Source: Lama glama (lineage: Eukaryota). Taken from it: DNA of 64,000 nt. The position numbers and the translations under genes are program-made. Numbering within the stretch: the stretch's first letter is position 1; every line of letters starts with the position of its first letter. This document shows, piece after piece, positions 10,535 through 24,358 of this stretch. The notes beneath the pieces were generated by a model. The model was not told where the DNA came from. It worked only from the letters and a program-made list of their open reading frames with translations, and made no database searches. Where the stretch lies: NCBI GenBank assembly GCA_028534125.1, contig CM052816.1, forward strand, positions 50,036,001-50,100,000, given 5' to 3'.

Positions 10535-13500
10535 GTAAGAAAACACAGGCTCTCTTATGAAAGTCAAATTCATTTCAAGTTACTTGGAGTTGAGATGCTT
10601 GGTTAGTGTTTCTTAATTTTAGTTCTGCTGCGTTGACTTTTTCTTTTCCTTTCTCCTAATTGGTGAACATGCTCTCTGGCTTCTGAATGCTATTGCCTTA
10701 CAATAGAGTTAAGAATCAGGGACAATTCAAGTAGAAGGGCTTAAGAACATCCAAGTGCAGGGAGTGGATATAATTGTTCAAGGCTTTTTAGTACAGTTGC
10801 TACCTTCTAAGTAGAACGGAGGGCAGAAAGTTTATTTAAAGGCAAGGCAAAAGGGGGAGAAATAGGAAGTAAAATTCAACGATGTAAGGTCATTCTGTTA
10901 GAGTCATCATTAAGAAAAACAATGTGAAAATGAAAGGCAGACAAGCTAAGGTTCAGGAAAAAGTAACTTACCCTATCAAAATCTCCCTTGGTTAAGCTTT
11001 AGTTCCCATAGACCAATGTATTGTCCCTGCATATTTCTTTCCAGCTAGGCTGAATCCTATGCCTGAGAGCTGTAGCAAGACTGGAGGCTGCAGTACAATG
11101 CAGCTATTTCCTCAGTCCCAGCTTCAGATGAGGGCCATCCTGCATTAAGAAAGCTAAGAGACTTATGCAATAAGAAAAAGATAGTTCTAAAAGAGCTGTA
11201 ACTTCTCTCTTCGCCCTTGTATGCTGAATAATTACAGTAAGAATTACAGAATTACATAGTTTAAACCTATGCTGATATTAATTTAAGAGGAACTCAGTTT
11301 GGGGACCAGAGAAGCATTGTAAGTTTCCTAAGACACATAAAACATCCAGTTATATCTTCAAGGTCAAAAATATAGTCTCAGAAAATTGCATCTACTGTTG
11401 AAAACTATGGCTTGTGAAGGTCAAATGATAGTATAAGTCTGGCTAGAAGTATTTTCCTGCATGTATTATGATACCCAAACAACTCCAAATTTGACAACAT
11501 CTAGCTATTTTAGATAGTTCTCCTTCAGTTCTCTTTGTTTCTAATAGCTTTATGTTTTTCACTATTGGGCCATAAAAAGGAATTATATAATCATAAATTT
11601 TACTATGCCAGCTGCTGACTCAGCTGTTTCCTTTAATGTGTATAATAGAATCAAAGCTGTTTCCCAGAGACTATAAGATATTTACACATAGATTTCTGAT
11701 GAGGGATAACATTCTTTTAATGTCAAGTCACAGAATTCAACTCAGCCAAACGATAATACCTACTCATTGCTAACAACAGCAGTTTTCAATCTGATATAAA
11801 AGAAACTTTATCTGTGGTTTCAAGTTATTTTTGAGACTAGATAGATACCTGTTATATTATTAACCATGTACAAATCATTTAGTTTAAATTTCACTCAAGA
11901 GTATGAAAATATTATTTTAAAAGTATATTAACATTTTACAAGTTACTCCTGGGGAAAGCCTGTGAGTCAAATTCAAGTTTTCTCAGCAAGGAAAACTTCT
12001 GTTGCGCCAGCCTTTAAATTTCACCATACACCCTGGCAAAATTCCGTGCAAAGGAATTTCTGACACAAGGTATCAGGATGATACAGATTATTTGCCTACA
12101 CTACCCAGTGAAACAAAGACTTGATAGTCCACTGCATTTTAGTTGTAAATTCATGTTCTTAGAAAGTCGCTCTGAGCTTTCAAGTAATAAAACTACAAGG
12201 CCTACATTTGGCTAGTGGAAGTTAATCCTGAGATGTGATTTGGTTCAGTACTTTTACACTACATTCATAGTTGGAATTTATTTTAAAATTGCTCAAAGTA
12301 TGTGTTCTCATGACTCTTTGGTCAACAACAGGTTTTCTTTTACTTTATTATAGCATTCAGATTGCACTTTCAGGTTCTTCAGCCCTTCAGAGAAACCCTT
12401 TCAAGTGGCCTGCCAACATTTCAGTCATCTTTTACTATGCAAAAATCAATCATGAAAGCAGATAACCTTCATTACTTACTTGAAATACTGGATTATTTCC
12501 TTGTAATTAAAATGTTTACTTGTCAGACATGGCCCAGAAGGAATTTAAGGGAGCTGAAACCTTCATGAAATTCTGTAAGAATTTTGCAGACAGATGATTC
12601 AATTACTAATCTCAATCTCAAATTCCTGAATTGTACTGATAATCAGTAAGAGTGTCTTTCAGTGATAGAAAATTATTCAAAATTCATGCTACCACAAAAA
12701 CACCTTTTCTGTCTGCCATTTTTCTTTAATTTTTTATTTTTGTATGTGAAGTTACCCAGGCTTAAATAATACCAGGGGAATAACACACATCATCCTCAAA
12801 TTCTCCTTGGCTGCCTTGATAAAGATGCTGAACACTCTGATAACACATTCTTAACTCTTAAGCATAAAGAGTTACCTAATTATTTTTTCTGAAGGCGTTC
12901 TCCTAATCTTGTAGTGGGAGATTCTATAGGGACATAGGCCAAAATTTTTTAATCTGGCTTTAAAGAAAAGTCAGATTACCAGGAAAGAAAAGGGCAGGTT
13001 TAGACTCCTGCGCAGTGTTTCCATTGAAAAGCATTTTTCTGGTAATAAAAAGGAATTCTCCCAGTTTTCCATGGAGAAAGAAACAACTCTGAATAAAATT
13101 GCACTTGTACTAACTCATTTCCTTAAATTTTTTTTATTGCATCAGTTCCATTACACGAGAAAGGAAACTTCACTTGTCCACGGAGTCTGCTAAAAATGTG
13201 CAATCAAGATACCAGCTTATATATCATCTACTGTCCACAATGTAGAGGACAGTAATTTCCTCCAATTCTTCTACCACAAGAGATAGCTGCTATTATTGTC
13301 TCTATAACCATCTCTAATAATGGATTATGTTCCTCATTGCATGATATGCCTAGTCAAACAACTTCTAAATCCTCTAAAATTTGACACCGTTAGGAAGAAT
13401 TTTATATGGAGTATCAAATCATGAAAAAGGAAAATTTTAAAAAATATTTGGATCTGGTCTAAAAACTTTTAATATAGACTTTCAGTTACCAGTAGAAGTT

Positions 13501-13729
13501 CAAAGATGATGAACAGACTTTTTAAAATATAACTTTGACGAAAACATTTACATGGACAGCAGAGAAATTTTATGACCATTTGCCTATTAACCAAAACAGA
13601 TGCAAAACAGTTATAGTTGTGCTGAGCACATAAGCACTTGATCTCATCCACATCAGAGAGCCAGTGCTTCCTGCCTCTGGCCTTTCAAGTGCAGGTCTTC
13701 TGGTGACAAATTTAAGTGTTTTTCCCCTA

Positions 13730-13910
13730 AGGCTACTTACCAGCTTTAGACCTTGGGCAATTTACTTAATCTCTTCAAGTCTCAGTTATCTCATCTATAA
13801 AACTGGGCAATCACTGTTTATTCTATGGAGCTTTGTGAGAAATTAGATAATATCTGTAACAGCGTTTGTACACAGCACACAATAAGCTCCCAATAGCTGA
13901 TAGCTGTTAC
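13730..13910 (+). mobile_element. MIR SINE
   Basis: MIR core gaccttgggcaatttacttaatctcttcaagtctcagttatctcatctataaaactggg. Confidence 0.75.
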
Positions 13911-14909
13911 CGCCATGTCTGTATCTCCTCGCTGTCATGGAAAGCTGATTTTTAAATTAAAAAGAGAGCACACATAGGGTGTAAAAAGTTCATGCTTTTT
14001 AAATTCATTAGCAGAACCATATTATTACCTTAGTTCTAATGAAGTAAATATTTTCTAAGTTGCTTCCTTTGTCCTTTTTAATTTCACAATTTAAAATTTC
14101 CTCAACAGTATTAAACATTATCTGATCACTTTTACCCTCCTTGTAGAAACTGAAGCTTTCTAAACTTAAGTACTGTCCCCCTTAATATACTTATTAGGTG
14201 AACACAAATAAGCTATTTTAATTTTTTTAAAAAGAATAATAAGAAGGTATCTTAGAGACGAAAACAGTTCCCTTCTATATAATAAGTAGGTGACATCTTG
14301 TCACCTTTCTCTAAAAAGATAAAACAATTAGACTTTTTAAAAGAAATAACTGGCAAAAGTTCATCTCTGTGGGTAGAAGAAATCACGTGGATCCAGAGCC
14401 CCTGGTGGAAGTGGACACTCCCTGTTCAGTGTGTTTGGGTCCCCCTCCCTGTGTCCCAAACAACTCTTCCGTCCCAGCTTTGCACATGTTACTTTTTTCT
14501 CACATGCCACCCCTTCTTCATCAGACTGTCAGCTTTGTAACACTCCAGCTATACAGTGTTGGCACACAATGTATGTGTGTTGAATAAATGAATGAGTGTA
14601 ATGAGATACTTCCAAGTGACCACTATCACGATCATTTCTCAAATCCTGTGGCATCCATGGCATTTAGCAACACACAACACAGTGTGTGGGCCTAATGAAC
14701 ATGAGCTAGATAACTGCCTTCATTCCGTAATGCTGGCTGGGGCTCAATCATAGTTCACAGAACTTAAGAACTTAAAAGGACTTTAGAATAGATCATCTAG
14801 ATCAGTATTTCATTGTATGAATGGGGAAATCAAGACCCAGAGCTTAAACATTGCTTGGTCCAGGCTGCATGGCTGATGAGGAGCAGTTTCTCTTGGCTAA
14901 CCACACCCT

Positions 14910-15185
14910 TTCTTCAAATCTGGAATCATTTCTCCTCTTCTTAATGAACCCACCCTGACTGCCACACTCTACCCCTCCTTTGGCACCCCGATCTATTTCC
15001 TATCTTCTTTTCCCTGTCTCTGTAGCCCTGAGTCTACTTATTTTTATGCAGTTGTTTGTGTCCATCTCTACCACAAGAACATATATCAGCCCCACAAGGG
15101 CAGCGATCTTTGTCTGATGTATCCCAGTTACCTAAATCAACACCGGGCACATCGTAGGTGATCAGTACATATTTGTTGGATAAAT
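14910..15185 (+). mobile_element. LINE-2 3' end
   Basis: cagccccacaagggcagcgatctttgtct...gtatcccagttacct...gggcacatcgtaggtgatcagtacatatttgttggataaat is a typical L2 terminus. Confidence 0.65.
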
Positions 15186-16057
15186 TCAGGACCAAAATCT
15201 AGGTACTTTTCCTAATCAAGTCCTCATTAGTCTTTACAAATCTCAGGGGACTTTTCAGTTTATTGAATGAGAGGCAGTGTATGGGGAAGGGGATTCTGAA
15301 TTTGGTTAGCAAATTTTGTTTCGGTGTGTTCATTGCTTCCACACTGCACATAGTGGCTTACATTCCAGAAGAATCCACCAGAGGCAGGATGCTGCTGCAT
15401 CCTTCCTCTTGAGTGCATGAAGCTTTGAAGAGTTTTTGGTTTACATTTGGCCACTGCAATGCTATCCTGTTCCTTATGTAATATCTGCAGAGTCGGGATC
15501 TGCTAGGGCAGAGGATCAAAAGGAGTGGAGTAAATCTAATAATGTGTAGGATCACAAACCATTTTCAGAGCCACAGATTCATGGGAGAACACGATAAGTG
15601 TTCTCTCTTGCAGTTAACACTCATCTGGACTCCGACTCTACAAGTCTGTTATTAAAAGTCAAATTATAATTTGTTTTTGTCTTTTAAAGGCAGACTATGC
15701 TATTTGCAGCCACAAATGCAAAATTCACAAATATCAAGGATATTTTCCAAACTGCATTTGGCTAAATGCATACACTATTAATAATTCTACCTAGAAATTA
15801 TCAGCTATAAAATATCAGCGAATTTCACCATGAAACTGTAAAAATTAGCAACATCCCAATTCTAAAATCTCATATTAGTTTACTACAGGATGTGAAGCCA
15901 AATAGAATAAGAACCTATTACATTAAATACAGGTTTATCATCTGATAAAAATAAGAGCATCACCATATGAAAATAATAAATAAGCCCAAAAGAGAAGGAA
16001 AATGTATACACAGGCATATACATACTTAATGTAAAAATACTGCACACATACATAGAT

Positions 16058-16262
16058 ACACTTATTCAGGTTGCTACAACAGAATACCTTAGACTGGGTG
16101 GCCTATAAACAACAGAAATTCATTTCTCACAGTTCTGAGCCTGGGAAGTGCAAGATGATGGTGCTGGGAGATTTGGTGTCTGGTGAGAGCTGGCTTCCTA
16201 GTTCATAGAAAGTCATCTTTTCTCTGTGCCTTCATGTGGCAGACGGAGATCAGGGACCTCTC
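16058..16262 (-). mobile_element. MLT1A-like MaLR LTR, interrupted by assembly gap
   Basis: caggttgctacaacagaatacc-agactgggtggcctataaacaacagaaattcatttctcacagttctg; same family as 59544-59894. Confidence 0.8.
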
Positions 16263-16762
16263 NNNNNNNNNNNNNNNNNNNNNNNNNNNNNNNNNNNNNN
16301 NNNNNNNNNNNNNNNNNNNNNNNNNNNNNNNNNNNNNNNNNNNNNNNNNNNNNNNNNNNNNNNNNNNNNNNNNNNNNNNNNNNNNNNNNNNNNNNNNNNN
16401 NNNNNNNNNNNNNNNNNNNNNNNNNNNNNNNNNNNNNNNNNNNNNNNNNNNNNNNNNNNNNNNNNNNNNNNNNNNNNNNNNNNNNNNNNNNNNNNNNNNN
16501 NNNNNNNNNNNNNNNNNNNNNNNNNNNNNNNNNNNNNNNNNNNNNNNNNNNNNNNNNNNNNNNNNNNNNNNNNNNNNNNNNNNNNNNNNNNNNNNNNNNN
16601 NNNNNNNNNNNNNNNNNNNNNNNNNNNNNNNNNNNNNNNNNNNNNNNNNNNNNNNNNNNNNNNNNNNNNNNNNNNNNNNNNNNNNNNNNNNNNNNNNNNN
16701 NNNNNNNNNNNNNNNNNNNNNNNNNNNNNNNNNNNNNNNNNNNNNNNNNNNNNNNNNNNNNN
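16263..16762. other. Assembly gap (500 N)
   Basis: Run of N, followed by a poly-C tract at 16763-16773. Confidence 1.
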
Positions 16763-17779
16763 CCCCCCCCCCCAGAAAAATCCATTAGATAGAAAAGCCT
16801 TTTTCTTTGGTGGCAGTTTTGCAGGAACCAGTGTTGACTCAGCTAAAGCACTGACCTATAGCTTAATGGCTTAATGTTAAAGTAATTTCAACACGCTGTG
16901 TTTCTCAGACTTTCTCAGATATCAAGAAAGAAGAGATTTTTTATTTATTGCTTTGGTTCTTTAAATGTAAAGTGGAAACTACTCTTCTAGGAATGTATTT
17001 TGGAATTAAAAAACCTACCAAAATGCTAAGATAAAATGTTCAATGAAGAGGTTATCAAAGTGACAATATCTGGGAGGGATTTTTATTATAGAAATATTTT
17101 TATTTCAAAATGAAGACATTGAAAGTATAAGAAATTTATAAGTTCTATAAAAAATCCCTTCACAAACATTTTGTGTATTTGGTATTGCCACAATGTAGTA
17201 GCACTAAACATGTGTGTTCTCAAAAATGATTATCAGATTGTCAGTACAAACAGTCGCCATTTTAATCTTGTTTCAATTAAACATGTTGGTTGCTTGTCTT
17301 CAGTGCTAACTAGGTGACTAATTACCACATGTATAAGCCCTGTGTAGTATGTTTCTATATGCTCAAGGATTATGCTATGAAGCAAATTAAACAATGTAAG
17401 TTAAATGAGAATTCTCCCAACTTTCTTCCAAACACTGTCCTTTCAAAAAAGACAAGGACATTAAGGATAAAAACACAGAGAGACCATAGTCCATCATATA
17501 TAAAGTGAACAAAGCAAGATAGAACAGGAAGAACTTACTAGTCAAGTGTGTAGATTAGGTGAAGGAGGTGGAAACAACGGAGAGTTGTATGTTTCTAAAG
17601 AGGGATCATTGAGTTTAGAATAGAAACACCACTGAAAACATATCCTTCAAGTGAGGAGAGTTCCACTTACTGGTGATTCTATTTGTAATGGTGTTTGTTT
17701 GCCTCCTTGCTTTGCCATGTTCCTGGAAAGCACTGGAAACAACGTTTGTCTCTTTGGCTCAGAGATACTGGATGGTAAC

Positions 17780-18060
17780 AAAGGCACAGGTGCAACAGGG
17801 GAAAGACATGTTAAGTTAAAGATAAGTTTCCTATCTTTATGTCCAATATCTGACCAGCAGGTAGATGGATTTACTAGCTTTGTGCTCAGGAGAAAGGCAA
17901 TGCTCAAAAGTTCTGGAATTATCAGCACATGAAGGGTAACTAGAGCCATGGGATGAGACAAAATCACCTAGGAGGCAATGCAGACAGAGACGAGGTGGCG
18001 GCCCCAGTCTGAGCTTTGGAAACCCTCAGCATCAACACGCGGGGTGCAGGAGGATACAAA
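17780..18060 (-). mobile_element. LINE-2 internal fragment
   Basis: gcaggtagatggat...gctcaggagaaagg...ggaattatcagcacat...agccatgggatgagacaaaatcacctagg resembles antisense L2. Confidence 0.55.
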
Positions 18061-20601
18061 GGTCACATATCTGCCTCTTAGAGTCTAAATCCTAATCACT
18101 GACGTGTGTTCACTTTTTCCCATGTAACTTTAAAAAAAATCTAAATTAACTGCAACCATTTAAAAATAGGAGATATTTGCATTAAAATATGCATTTCTAG
18201 CATTTGTTGAAAATTCCAAAGACCTGCTGTTTTTCAGCCTGCACTCCCATTGGACAACGTCAGTGGGAACCAGTACCTGCTCCCCTGCAGCATGAAGCGT
18301 GTGAGTCCAGCCACGCTACCGTCCATTCCACTTCCTGTTGTTCTCAGGACCATGGTGCGCTCTTCACTTCCCTAGCCTTGCCCGCCAGGGCATTTGTGTT
18401 CGACTTACCTTGTGTTTTGTTTCAGCACTAAACTGAATACTTGACACATTACAGGCTATCAGTTCATGATTGTTAAGACTAAGTAAAGAATCAAAAGATC
18501 CAGTTTGCCTCCAGAACTGGCTCTGGGACAGTACTATCTTGATGTCTTCTGCACTAAGTGAAGGCATCAACCATATCAATTTATGAAACCAACAGTGTCC
18601 TTTCTGCAAATTACGGATAACTTGATCTTAAATTTCACCACAAAGTGGAAGTGGTCTGAACAGAGACAAGAAGATTTGAGTTCCACCCCTTTACCACATA
18701 AAGACACATTTCCAATAATTAGGGACTGTGTGGTTAATTACAGCCTAGTGAAAAAGAATGACTCCTACTAATGTTCCGGTTTCCCCATACCTTTTGAAAG
18801 AAGCCTGAATTGCAGTTAAAATCCTGGAAAGCATGTTTCTACAAAGTCATTCACTATATTAGTGAAATGTTCAGATTTCATTTTTTATAATATATTCCTT
18901 AATTCCTCTATAACTGTGATAACCCAATTTGTTTTTTTCTCTAAGCCTAAAATAATAGAAATCAAATGCTATTTCTTTATCCATAAATTTTTGATAACAT
19001 GGATAAATTAAAATTCTGAAAATTATTAACAAAAGCAGACAACTCCAAGTTGATAAAGCTAGTACAATTTCTTTAATTCGGGGACCAGTTATACTGGACT
19101 TACCAATGGCAATCTACTGATAAATTAACACTTAAAACCATTCACTATGTGTGATGCACAATAGAAAATGCATTCCCTAGGACATCTCACTTAGTCCCCA
19201 CCGCCACACTATATAAGGGGGTTGGTTATCCTCACTGAAGTTGAGAGAGGTTCTGTAGCTTGTCCCTGGCATATGGTTATTAAAAGGTAATGCTGAGATT
19301 CAAATCGGGCAGGCTGACTCCTGCACTCCTAACCTGTACAGGAACCATGTAGCCGCCGTCTAAATCTTCTCGTGGGTAAAAATGGCTCCCATTTTATTCC
19401 ATTCGACTGATAGAACTATGTTCCAAAAGAAATTCAATCACTATGAAAAAAAGATCTGGTCTTGGGCCTTAGAGAAACTTTTCCTACGTGCCACCATGGT
19501 GATTCTCAAGAGAAGTTAGAGGACCAAGGTGGGGTGGCAGCTGCAAAGACACACATTCCACCTCTACCCCCAAATGAAGATTGTCTGGAACCCTCAAGGA
19601 AACTGAGGAGGCAGGAAGAAGTTGGATTATGTACAGTTTTTTTCTTTTGAAAAGGCTTTAAGGTGGTGGTTCTGAAATGAGTTCCTGTCCTACTAAAAAC
19701 CACTAGACTAGAAGTATCATCAAAAGTTGATGAGATGTGAGTTTTCAGGAGCTCGTACTTTCTAGGAACCATCTTCTGAAAGAGCATAGGAGAGAACACA
19801 ACATTGAAGACAGAAACTGGCTGGCACACCTGGCACACTCTGGACACCAGTCAACGCTTGTTAGTAAGAGTCAGCATTTACTGGTACTCAGGGTGTGCCA
19901 GGTACTAGGCCAAGTCCTTAGCATACTACCTCCCTTAACCTTCATAAGAACCGTGGGAGGAAGGTGGCTCAACCTCATTTTACTGATGAGGAATCTGAGC
20001 ACGCAAAGGTTAAGAGACACAACTAAGAGGCGCAGTCCATGTGCTTAACCCATACACCGTAGCTGCTGAGAAAGTAGATGAAGTGATAATGAACATGGAA
20101 AGACAGAAGCCCACAATGAACTCAGTCAGCGGAACAGAGCTAAACACCCTCACCACACTTTACTTCTTCCTTGTTGAAGGAGATGAAGAAAAAGGAATTA
20201 AAAGCAACGATATTTTTCAAGATAGTAACAGTTCCAGGTTTACCTCTCAGAACACAGATTTTCACACTGTTCACTAGACCCTCTAGACCCCCTAGGGCTA
20301 CTTGGAGGCTCTTGATGGCCATTTCCAGCAGAGAAGCTCACCTTTCATGAGGGAAAGCTTTGTCTAAGACATCCTTTGAGGAAAAAATTTCCACTGTCTC
20401 TGAAAAAAAATTTTTTTTAATATTGCTATAGATCAACCTCCAAGCTTCAAACTAGTGACAGCACTTATTCTTATTTTTAACTGTGAAACTTGGATGTGAT
20501 AATAACATGGTACACATTCATGATCAACATCTCCCAAAACAATAGTATATTTTGGTTTTGGGCAGTTTCCCATCACAGAAAGAATTTAGCTCTAAGGCAA
20601 G

Positions 20602-21060
20602 TGTTGGTCTGAACCCCGCAGGCCTACAAGGCCTGAACTTACCCAGCTTCAAGACCAAAGGAAAAGCCTGGAGTCAGTGACAGAGACATCAGTGGTTTCA
20701 TGGATGGAGGATCATACATGTCTGAAGGAAGGTCCTGGAGCAAAACCCCACCATGTGCAGCAGAAGGCGGGCGGGACTTGGCGGAAGTCTTCACTCCTGG
20801 TGGGGAGAGAGAGATTACCAGTTATAGGGGGAGTTGATGTCACGATGGCTCATCAGTTACCAGGGAAACCACTCAACGCCCCATTGATAAGCTATCAAGG
20901 TGGAGATGTTCTGATTTAAAGCTAGAACAATCACTAGCTGGGGCCTGGGGCAAGTGTGTAGGATGGTCAGTCGTGAGTGGGGTGTAGGTGAGCAGGCACT
21001 GGTTGAGCAGGGGATGGACAGAGAGCCAGAGAACAGCCATCTGAGTGGCCCAACCCTACA
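20602..21060 (-). mobile_element. Solo retroviral LTR (family not assigned)
   Basis: 459 bp with TGT...ACA termini and a perfect 5-bp TSD, GCAAG (20597-20601 and 21061-21065). GC-richer than its flanks. Strand is tentative. Confidence 0.75.
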
Positions 21061-22344
21061 GCAAGGAAGACAGATGTGGTCAGCACCTAAGAGAATGCTC
21101 CATCGCTTCAGATAATGCAGGTCACATACCATTTAAGGAAACTGTGAAAACACAATTCGAGTTAGTCCAGTTCATCTGTAGGTTGAAAGGAATTGGCAGG
21201 GCACAAGAACTATATGGTGGTTACAGAGCAGGGAGGCCCTGGCAGAGGGTGGAGGGATATTGGGAGGAGTATGTTCTTGTCGCCTGTGAGACCAGCAGGC
21301 AGGGTCACAGATAGTGAGAAACAGCAGTAATCACTTCACAGCAAAGAACAATCTTCACTTATCTTATTTTCAGCATTGGACTTTTCCTTTACAGTCAAAA
21401 CTAGTACCTTTGTTAGCGGTGTCTTAAAGGAATTGAAAAAATGAGATAAAACCTTCAAGTTTTGAAGACATGTTTAAAGATAACATTTTTATTAATAGAG
21501 CCACAGATCTTCTACAAAAATATAATTATGCAATTATAACAATATATTGCATATACCAGCTTCTTGTGTATATTTCTAGAGACATTTTAGGCAAAGTGTT
21601 TTGTTTCTTTTGTCAGTTAAATCCCCTCAACTAAATCCCCTCAACCATTTAATTTATTTTTGTACCATTTCCATTTAGCGTGCACGTTTAGGTAACATAT
21701 TCACACAGTTCAAAAGTTTTCAAATATGGAAGTATACATAGGGAAAATCTCCCAAGAGTTCTCTACCTATTCACCTTATCTGCACACTGGCTACCACAGT
21801 TAGTAGTTTCTTGGGTTTCTAGTGATTTCTTCAGATCATTTATGCAAATATACATATTTCTTTTGAATTTACACAAATGGTAAGAAGCACATGTACTCTT
21901 ATAGGTCTTCTTAGTCAGCGTCTGAACTCCAGATAAAAGCAAAGATGAGCTAGGGACAAATCCATCAGGGTTTCAAACTCAAATCAAGTGGCTGAGGGCA
22001 GAGGGCAGAAATGGACCCTCCTGAAAGCGTCTTTCCTGCTGTCTTCAGGTCGGCCCTTCCTTGGGTGTTGAGTCATCGAGAGAGACTCAGAGTCCTTGCA
22101 TTCAGGAATAACTGGAGGAAGAAACTGAAGCTCTTTCTCTGACAAATTAAAGGTGATTGGCCCTCTGAACGGACAGTGAAGGCTGGAGGGAGAGGGAGAG
22201 ACATTGGGGAAGGACCCTGTAAAAGCTTCTGATGCCAAGCTGACTAGACACATCAGGATCACAATCAAATGATGGGAGCTTCTGACTCCCAGTGAGCAAC
22301 TTCAGAAACAACCAGATTTTTTCCAGTCCAAAGGAAACAAAACC

Positions 22345-22695
22345 CAGTCCTCCCTCAGTATCCAAGGGGGATTGGTTCCAGAATCCACCTCAGACACCAG
22401 AATTCTCAGATGCCCAAGTCCCTTCCATAAAACGTTGTCCTGTTTGCATATAACCTACATGCATTCTCCCCGTATACTTTAAATCATCTCTAGCTAACTT
22501 AAATACTTAAAACAATGTAAATGTTAGGTCAATAGCTGTAAATACAATGTAAGTGCTATGTAAATAATTGCTGGGCACACAGCAAACTCAAGGTTTGCTT
22601 TTTGGAACATTCTGGAATTTAGTTTTTAAATATTTTCCAACCTGGATTGGTTGAATCCCCAAATGAAGAACCCACAGACAGGGAGGGGCTGACTG
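22345..22695 (+). mobile_element. MER2B-like Tigger DNA transposon
   Basis: Imperfect terminal inverted repeats cagtcctccctc...gaggggctgactg followed by TA; MER2 core sequence. Confidence 0.85.
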
Positions 22696-23299
22696 TAATT
22701 ATAAACAGTTAAAACTTAATGAGTTAAAAGTTAATACTTAGCAACTGTTTCCTAAATTATGTATCCTACTCAAATGTAATGTGTAAGATACAGTGAGAAA
22801 CAAGTATCTAAATTATGTATTCTTTTTAGATATTGTGCCTTTTATATGTATATTTGTTTTTATAAAGTACTTTCATTTTAGAGCTGTATCACAGTATAAA
22901 GCCAGTGTAGGGGTCCACGTCTCCTGCCAGAGCTGAGCACAGGCTCTGGACAGCACTAGTCTATTTCAGTCACAGACACTATCAACACGCCAGGCACTGT
23001 GTTGATGCTGGAGGAGCAATATAACAGGACATGGATGGACTAGGGAGACAGTGTTCTCAGCAGACTGCGGTAAGCACAGCCATAAGGATACAAATCCATC
23101 CTGGATGTTCAGCCTCGGGCAGGTGTGGCTACCCGCAGGGAAGTAACACCGTCCAAAGTGTTAGTCTTACACATTCCAACCCGCCAGAGTGATAACAAAT
23201 GCCACAAATATAAGGAACCATTTTTTAAATCTTGCACAGTTTTTTCAAATGACTCATCATGGAGCTGACACTTGAGTGTCTACCTACCAGTTTGGAATG

Positions 23300-23465
23300 T
23301 CAGCGAGGAATGAGCTTTCTGTTTGGAGTGATGAAAAAAGTTTCGGAAATGGATAGTGGTGGTGGTTGCACAACAATGTGAAAGTAATGCCACTGAACTG
23401 TATACTTAAAAATGGTTAAAATGGCAAATCTTACGTTATACATATTTTATCAGAATAAAAAATAA
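23300..23465 (+). mobile_element. Old L1M (L1MB/MC-like) 3' end
   Basis: tttctgtttggagtgatgaaaaaagtt...gatagtggtggtggttgcacaacaatgtgaa...gccactgaactgtatacttaaaaatggttaaaatgg plus A-rich tail. Confidence 0.8.
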
Positions 23466-24358
23466 TCAAATGATGGTAGGGGAATTTTTTCTTGGGAGCG
23501 GGTATTTTTAATGTCCTTGTTTAGCCATCTTAATTACAGTCCTTAGTTTTGTTGTCTGAGGTTTTTTACATTTGATTGGTCTAGAAAATCCAAAAGCCTG
23601 GAGGCTCCTTTCATTATACACCAGTGAGAAAGTAACCAACACCAAGACTGGTTATTTCGTACAATCCAAAAAATCACTTATTTTTTAAAAGACAAACTTT
23701 TACCCATCACACTTTTCTTTTCTGTCACCTCTATTTCTTTGGCAATGAACTGCCCTCCTCCCCCAAAATGAGCACACTTTTAATAGAAATAAGATCAGTA
23801 GGTAACAGGCCAATTCCATATTTCTAAGTTGTTTTTCTGCAACTAGTTGTTTTTGCCCTATTGTTTAGAAGACTTCATCTAAATTACATAGCAATACAAA
23901 GACCAGTTGTTCGGTCATGCCTTTGCTTTCATAATTTGGTGAAACTGAATGATGTCCTCTGGATTGCACAGCAGAATCTGTAAAATAATAATGAAGCCCC
24001 GCTGTTTTCCCTGGAGACAACTGTGGTCTTTGAAGGGCATCAAATCTTTTAAGTCACTGTCATTGACACTCACTAATAGAAATAAAAATTCCTATAACTC
24101 ACAAATTGAATTTTAAAAAAACTTAGTACCACCCAAATAAGCACCTGTATGCTGCTTAGTGTTCTCTAATCTTTCATGTTTTTTTTTCAAAAGGAAACCA
24201 AGTGATACTTATTCTGAGATCAAGGTTTATTGTAATCTTTTGTATTTTATTTGCTTTACAAATAAATAGCCCTGTTGATTGAAAAATTTTGACTTAAACA
24301 TTAATTTCAAACTGATCCAGTTTTTTGAATCCAATGATCACATTCACAACATCCTCCA

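Noticed and set aside
10342..10560. 72-aa ORF suggesting an N-terminally extended HAPLN1
   Set aside because: It starts at a non-ATG codon in the intron and reads through both splice sites; only 10435-10534 is coding.
16183..16874. Four ORFs of about 200 aa
   Set aside because: Artefacts of translating the 500-N gap.
21618..21645. 14-bp direct repeat taaatcccctcaac x2
   Set aside because: Simple slippage duplication with no further structure.
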